IMG/VR virus record: IMGVR_UViG_3300047409_000283
Location: 1-50,293 of that record
Strand: one strand, 5' to 3'
DNA length: 50,293 bases
Source: a virus
Taxonomy: Duplodnaviria; Caudoviricetes
The translations under genes were made by a program, and so were the position numbers. Below are positions 45,647 to 50,293 of the stretch, piece after piece. Numbering within the stretch: position 1 is the stretch's first letter; each line of letters opens with the position of its first letter. The notes beneath the pieces are model-generated. The model made no database searches, had not been told where the DNA came from, and saw only the letters and a program-made list of their open reading frames with translations.

Positions 45647-45909
45647 AATAGGCGTCCTCCTAGACGCTTCGCAGGTAGGTCATGCATCGTATTGTCGTGC
45701 GACACGTCATGCGCGTCGCTCATCACACGTTGCGATCGTGTTACTGGTTGCGGCACCCAGCCGCGCCGTACACTTATAGTGTCACGCTCGGAACCGCTTG
45801 CGGTCGTAGGCCCCGGCGCGACCCGGCGGCCCCCAAAAATCGTGATCGTGATTGTAGTCGTATTAGCTACTCAAATAATTTTTTCCCTCCTAGAACATTC
45901 TTTCTATCG

Positions 45910-45932
45910 TAGTGTTGTGCGCTGCAACACTA
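45910..45932. promoter_or_regulatory. Perfect family A box TAGTGTTG-N7-CAACACTA in divergent control region
   Basis: 8-bp perfect arms. Confidence 0.65.
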
Positions 45933-46020
45933 AACGCTGCGCGCTGACGCCGTTGTCGGCAACACGGTTACGCGCTGTATGTGGCCTACGGTGTATCAAA
46001 TGTATTAAAACAATCGCTTG

Positions 46021-46045
46021 TAAGTTGTTGTGTACACAGCACTTA
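46021..46045. promoter_or_regulatory. TAAGT-N15-ACTTA box (family B)
   Basis: TAAGT tgttgtgtacacagc ACTTA, 23 nt upstream of the + strand -35. Confidence 0.6.
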
Positions 46046-46068
46046 TGTAGGTTTTAGCAATTAAAAGC

Positions 46069-46097
46069 TTGACTCTGGCACCTCCTTATTATATGCT
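46069..46097 (+). promoter_or_regulatory. Sigma70-type promoter for the structural arm
   Basis: TTGACT-N17-TATGCT. Confidence 0.75.
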
Positions 46098-46257
46098 CGG
46101 AAGCGAGTGTACACGGGCGCGGGGCGCGGCACTGGACGGGCATCCAGATAGGCCGCGCCCACTGGCGTCAGAGGCACAAATGCACATTAACGGATTTAAA
46201 ATCAACATTGAGATCGAAGATCTGCATATCAGGATCAAGGATCTCCGAGGACATATC

Positions 46258-46602
46258 ATGGCACAGGTAACTGGAACTTTCACTGTCACCGTCAACCCAG
46301 CAGGCCCACCTCCGAATCCACTGGCGTTGACACCGCCGGGCGGTTCGCTTCCCGCGGAAACTGTTGGCGTTCCTGTCACGGACGCTGTTACGACGATAAG
46401 CGGCGGTCAGGCACCGTACACGTTGGCGATCACCGCGGGCGCGTTGCCCGACGGCGTATCGCTGGCACAGGCACAGAATCCCGACGGAAGTGTGTTGATC
46501 TCCTTGAGTGGCGCGCCAACTGCACCCGGAGCGTTTAGCTTCGACTTGCAGGTGACGGACGCTGGTGGTGCGTCGGCAACAGGGTCATTCGCGAGGGGCT
46601 AA
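46258..46602 (+). CDS. Single putative Ig (He_PIG-like) domain protein; alternative start 46180
   Basis: GAGGA RBS; LP..TVG.P......SGG.APY....AG.LP.G.SL.....SG.PT..G.FSF...VTD. Confidence 0.75.
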   Translation: MAQVTGTFTVTVNPAGPPPNPLALTPPGGSLPAETVGVPVTDAVTTISGGQAPYTLAITAGALPDGVSLAQAQNPDGSVLISLSGAPTAPGAFSFDLQVTDAGGASATGSFARG

Positions 46603-46603
46603 C

Positions 46604-47080
46604 TTGAACCGTCAGGTTTGGATCAAAGCCGAGCAAATAGCCCGAATGGTCGTCAAGGGCATCTCCTATACCCGCATCGCGGTTGAAATGGGGATGTCCT
46701 ATGACGGCTTGATACGTATCACACGGCAGCCTGAGTACCTGCGGGTGGAGGAGTCCGTCCGCGCGCAGGTGACAGGTAAAATGGACGCACGTCTGGCAAA
46801 GCGGGCGGAGATGGAAGACCAGCTCGAAGATGCCATTCCCGAGGCCATGAAAGTCCTCCTGGACTCGGTCACCAAAAAACGCGATCTACGTGCGGCACTG
46901 GAACTGATGGATCGCGACCCACAACGTCAATTCGCAAAGGGTAACACCCAACGCGCCGTGCAGCCTTCCCCGTCATTACCACAGGACATTTTGCAAAGCA
47001 CTGTCGCCGCAGCGGACGCCGCGCGCGACCAGATCACCCGTCTACCGGCGGATTCGAAACCAATCTCAGATCTAAATTAG
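46604..47080 (+). CDS. HTH DNA-binding protein, putative terminase small subunit
   Basis: GAGGGG RBS before TTG; N-terminal HTH (GISYTRIAVEMGMS), AIPEAM.VL.D....DLRAA.ELMDR helix pair. Confidence 0.6.
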   Translation: MNRQVWIKAEQIARMVVKGISYTRIAVEMGMSYDGLIRITRQPEYLRVEESVRAQVTGKMDARLAKRAEMEDQLEDAIPEAMKVLLDSVTKKRDLRAALELMDRDPQRQFAKGNTQRAVQPSPSLPQDILQSTVAAADAARDQITRLPADSKPISDLN

Positions 47081-47091
47081 GAGGTAACACG

Positions 47092-47421
47092 ATGTCAACA
47101 CCCGTTGTACTCGGAAAGCCCATTACACCGACAACACCACCCGGCCAGACGTCCGCACCACCGAAGGCCGTAGCACCGCCAGCGAAACTGGACAAGCCTC
47201 AGTTCGAACCCAACTTGCTTCTGACCAAAGACAATTTGGACGACGCAGTCGGCTACGAACTGGTCGAAAGCTCAACTGGTCTGCCGGCCCGCGGCTATTG
47301 TCGCAAGTGCGGATGGCAGACTCATCAAACCAACGAGGCCGATGCGCGCGCGGCGGTACTCGACCACGCGAAGCGGCATGTCGCCGGCTTCGGTGTTACG
47401 ACACCCGGAAAGAAGGTGTAA
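47092..47421 (+). CDS. Pro-rich protein with C2H2-like site
   Basis: AGGAGG RBS; CRKCGW...H...H. Confidence 0.65.
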   Translation: MSTPVVLGKPITPTTPPGQTSAPPKAVAPPAKLDKPQFEPNLLLTKDNLDDAVGYELVESSTGLPARGYCRKCGWQTHQTNEADARAAVLDHAKRHVAGFGVTTPGKKV

Positions 47422-47423
47422 CC

Positions 47424-47603
47424 GTGGAACTGTCTACTTGGTTCTGGATCATTTACTTTCTTGGTCTCCTCATCGGTTGGTGGGGATACTACGACGCACA
47501 GCAACCAGTATGGTATCGCCGCGGATTTGGGTTCACCGCAGCTTACCTTCTGATCGGTATCCTGGGCTACCACGTGTTCGGCTCCGCCGTAAAAGGAAAC
47601 TAA
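47424..47603 (+). CDS. 59-aa two-TM membrane protein
   Basis: GAAGG RBS before GTG; WFWIIYFLGLLIGWW and AAYLLIGILGYHVFG. Confidence 0.65.
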   Translation: MELSTWFWIIYFLGLLIGWWGYYDAQQPVWYRRGFGFTAAYLLIGILGYHVFGSAVKGN

Positions 47604-47604
47604 C

Positions 47605-47883
47605 ATGGCAAACCGTATCGCAGGCCGCCCGTGGGTGCTCGACACAGCAACACCCGGCGTGGCCATTTGGCCCTCGTGGATGAAGATCGCGCACTTCGAG
47701 TACACTGGATACGCCGCGCAGGGCAATCTTGCCATCATCAACGACAAAAATGGTCAGTTAGTTTGGCAAGCCACCGGTGCATTTGACCTCTCTGATCAAG
47801 ACTCGTTCAAGATCGGGTGGGTACAGGGTCTCATCCCGCAACAGATCGATGGCGGCGGTAAGGTTATTGTTTACATCGAATAG
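47605..47883 (+). CDS. Hypothetical small beta-rich virion-type protein
   Basis: AAGGA RBS; ends GKVIVYIE. Confidence 0.6.
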   Translation: MANRIAGRPWVLDTATPGVAIWPSWMKIAHFEYTGYAAQGNLAIINDKNGQLVWQATGAFDLSDQDSFKIGWVQGLIPQQIDGGGKVIVYIE

Positions 47884-47892
47884 GAGTACATC

Positions 47893-49710
47893 ATGAAACG
47901 CTGGCTCGGGAGAGGTCGGTGGTGGATTGTTGTACTCCTTTCGTCGTTGTGCGTCGCACAGGCGTATAACGCTTATCGCACGATTACGATGTCGGCACCC
48001 GCATCTGACATTACCATCCCTGAGAACACCGTAATACAGTACCATCAACTGTCGTGGACTAAGACAGGCACCGTAAGCACCTGTACCGTTGCTTTGGATT
48101 CGTCTACTGACGGCACAACGTGGTCAGCGGGCGGTATCATAACGGGTCAAACCTGTACCAGTAACGGTAACAGTGCTATCACTGCCGGAAGCGCGAATTA
48201 CATCCGTATCACGGCGACCGCGCTAAGCGGTGGTGGCTCTGTGCAGTTCATTTACAAGGGATGGGTTGCTAATCCATCTGGTAGCGTCGCGTTACCTGTA
48301 AGCGTTGCTAACGGTGGGACTGGATCGGCAACAGGGTTCACGTCTGCTGGTGTTATTGCTTTGTTTACAGGATGTTCTGGAACACAGTATTTGGGTGCTG
48401 ATGGAGCGTGCCATACATCGAGTTCTGCTGTCGCAAGTGTGTTCGGACGCATCGGTGCGGTAGTCGCTGCGTCGGCTGATTATTCTGTCGCGCAAGTGAC
48501 GGGTGCCGCTCCATTGGCTTCTCCTACCTTCACAGGCACTCCCGCTGCTCCCACTCCGGCGGCAAGCGACAATTCTACGACCATCCCAACTACAGCATAT
48601 GTAACTACGGCGATTGCGAATGCGGTGGCAGGCGTCAACCCTGCCGTAGCGGTCAGGGTAGCCACTACGGGAGTGTTGCCGAACTCGCCTACGTATAACA
48701 ACGGTGTAGGCGGAATCGGGGCCACGCTGACCACCGCGACCACGAACACAGCACTCGTAGTGGACGGAGTGACGCTGGGATTAAACGACCGAGTTCTAGT
48801 AAAGAACCAAGCCTCTAGTTTTCAGAATGGCGTGTACTTTCTCAGTCAGCTTCAAGGTGTCGCACTAGCATGGATACTGACTCGTGCGCTTGATTTTGAT
48901 ACGCCGTCGGACATGAACAACACGGGAGCCATCCCGGTGATTAGCGGGACAGTGAATACGACGACGCAATGGGTCATTAGTTCTGCGGTGACGACCGTAG
49001 GGACGGACGCGGTGACATTCGCGCAATTCTCCAGCAATCCAGCTAACTTGGTTACGGCGGTGTCTCCGGGCGCGGGCATCGCGCATTTTGCAGGCTCAAC
49101 TCAAGCCGTAACTAGTAGCCCGATTGTAGCGGCGGACATTACCAGCGGCACCATCACCACGACGCAACTTGCAGCCGCCGCAACACCTGCAATGGTGCAG
49201 CTTGAAACTCATACTGCCTCCGGTTCTACTACGGTGGACTTCACAAACGCTGCGCTAGTTGGCTCTACCTATCACGTGTTTAAGTTCGTTTTTACCAACG
49301 TGCTTCCGGCTAGCGCTGGAGTTCTGCAACTCTTGGTAGGCACGGGCGGCGGCCCGACTTACTCGAACACTGGCTATAGCTACGGAGGTAATCTTTTCAA
49401 CTCAGGCGGCACTGGCGCCTTTGGATTAACCAACCAGACCACGATGCAGTTGTCCGGTAACGGCGTACTTGCCACGGCCGCACTCGGCGGCGTATCGGGC
49501 GAATTGATTCTCTATACTCCACAGGCCGGAGCGACCGTGAACGTCAACGTGACTGGCGGGTTTGGCTATTTTGCCTCTGGCACCAATCCCACGTATTCGG
49601 TGGTGGTTGGCAGTTGGACGGCGAGCGCGGCAGTGACGGCTGTTCGCTTCCAGTTCCCATCCATCAACACGACTAGCGGCACGATCACGATGTACGGAAT
49701 CACGCCTTAA
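47893..49710 (+). CDS. Tail fibre-type protein carrying a signal peptide
   Basis: AGGAG RBS; MKRWLGRGRWWIVVLLSSLCVA|Q; fibre motifs VANGGTG, VASVFGR.G.V, APLASPTFTGTP.APT...TTAYV, DRVLVKNQ...QNGVY...LTRA.DFD. Confidence 0.82.
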   Translation: MKRWLGRGRWWIVVLLSSLCVAQAYNAYRTITMSAPASDITIPENTVIQYHQLSWTKTGTVSTCTVALDSSTDGTTWSAGGIITGQTCTSNGNSAITAGSANYIRITATALSGGGSVQFIYKGWVANPSGSVALPVSVANGGTGSATGFTSAGVIALFTGCSGTQYLGADGACHTSSSAVASVFGRIGAVVAASADYSVAQVTGAAPLASPTFTGTPAAPTPAASDNSTTIPTTAYVTTAIANAVAGVNPAVAVRVATTGVLPNSPTYNNGVGGIGATLTTATTNTALVVDGVTLGLNDRVLVKNQASSFQNGVYFLSQLQGVALAWILTRALDFDTPSDMNNTGAIPVISGTVNTTTQWVISSAVTTVGTDAVTFAQFSSNPANLVTAVSPGAGIAHFAGSTQAVTSSPIVAADITSGTITTTQLAAAATPAMVQLETHTASGSTTVDFTNAALVGSTYHVFKFVFTNVLPASAGVLQLLVGTGGGPTYSNTGYSYGGNLFNSGGTGAFGLTNQTTMQLSGNGVLATAALGGVSGELILYTPQAGATVNVNVTGGFGYFASGTNPTYSVVVGSWTASAAVTAVRFQFPSINTTSGTITMYGITP

Positions 49711-50293
49711 TGAGACGCTGGCTAGTTATCGCGTTGCTCTGTCTTCCCTGCTTCGGGCAGTCGAACGCCTTTCGGCCTAGTATCGTCCAGTCGTTCCAGG
49801 CCGAGAACTTCGCCGGAGGCTCACCAACTCCATTCCAAGACAACGTCACCATTAATAACCTGATCGTTGTCGGCTTCCATTGGCAGACCGCACCTTCAAC
49901 CACCGCCTCAATCTCAGACACGTTGAGCACTTCGTTCACCTGCTCAGCACCATTTGTAGCTGATGCTTTCGATCTGACGATTGAGATGTGTTACGGAATC
50001 GCGCCATCATCTGGAGCAGACTCGATAACTGTCTCCGGCCTGACAGGGCACCATGCAAACATGGTGATCTCTGAATTTACCAACGTTTCTGGGACGGTGG
50101 ACGTAACCACCACAGGAAACGGAACACCTTTTGCTACCTCAGTGACGATCACGCCGACGACGACCGTGAACGGCGATTTGCTGCTGGTCTATGCCGCATC
50201 TGGCACAAACAATAGCTTCCAGTTTTACGGCACCTATCCACAACAACTCGTTTCTGGAACCTCTGGCGGTTACGCCTCAGATTCGATGTTCTT
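49710..50293 (+). CDS. 5' part of junction-spanning secreted protein (continues at position 164)
   Basis: TAATG coupling; MRRWLVIALLCLPCFG|Q signal peptide; open frame to window end, in frame with 12..1271. Confidence 0.85.
   Translation, partial: MRRWLVIALLCLPCFGQSNAFRPSIVQSFQAENFAGGSPTPFQDNVTINNLIVVGFHWQTAPSTTASISDTLSTSFTCSAPFVADAFDLTIEMCYGIAPSSGADSITVSGLTGHHANMVISEFTNVSGTVDVTTTGNGTPFATSVTITPTTTVNGDLLLVYAASGTNNSFQFYGTYPQQLVSGTSGGYASDSMF
50131..50293. repeat. Right copy of 163-bp terminal direct repeat
   Basis: Matches 1-163. Confidence 0.97.

Noticed and set aside
45775-45785. GTGACACTATA on - strand resembles the SP6 promoter core
   Set aside because: Single copy, upstream specificity bases do not match, and no single-subunit RNA polymerase is encoded
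47893-50293. Diversity-generating retroelement acting on fibre genes
   Set aside because: No reverse transcriptase and no template/variable repeat pair with adenine-specific mismatches; the only repeat is the terminal overlap
1-50293. Alternative genetic code
   Set aside because: Genes tile densely in the standard code and use all three stop codons

Overview
The window is an apparently complete, circularly permuted ~50.13 kb genome of a tailed dsDNA phage with a podovirus-like gene set. Positions 1-163 repeat at 50131-50293 with one mismatch, and one gene runs across the junction. The + strand arm (about 46.1 kb, through the junction, to 26.97 kb) encodes a putative small terminase, a block of fibre/Ig/beta-helix proteins, small membrane proteins, large terminase, portal, scaffold, capsid, a Tlde1-like enzyme, a PurD-like ATP-grasp ligase, tail and ejection proteins. 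The - strand arm (45.6 to 27.0 kb) encodes many small Zn-finger proteins, a J-domain/vWA/FtsK cluster, a PD-(D/E)XK nuclease, a Sak4-like ATPase, a ParB-methyltransferase fusion, a split UDG-exonuclease/PolA, a DUF3987 helicase-like protein, NDT, MazG and GroES. I recognised no integrase, RNA polymerase, primase, tRNA or CRISPR array. The most unusual signal is five Cys-rich, virion-type proteins (one a clear tail fibre) that all carry Sec-type signal peptides predicted to be cleaved before Gln. Two of them share a paralogous N-terminal domain, which suggests appendages that fold outside the cytoplasm and are added late. Other notable items are a ~236 bp dyad flanked by a recurring TAAGT-N15-ACTTA box, a second operator family (GTGTTG-N7-CAACAY), a possible long-range mRNA switch and a His762 PolA. 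All functional calls come from motif recognition by eye; no database search was run.
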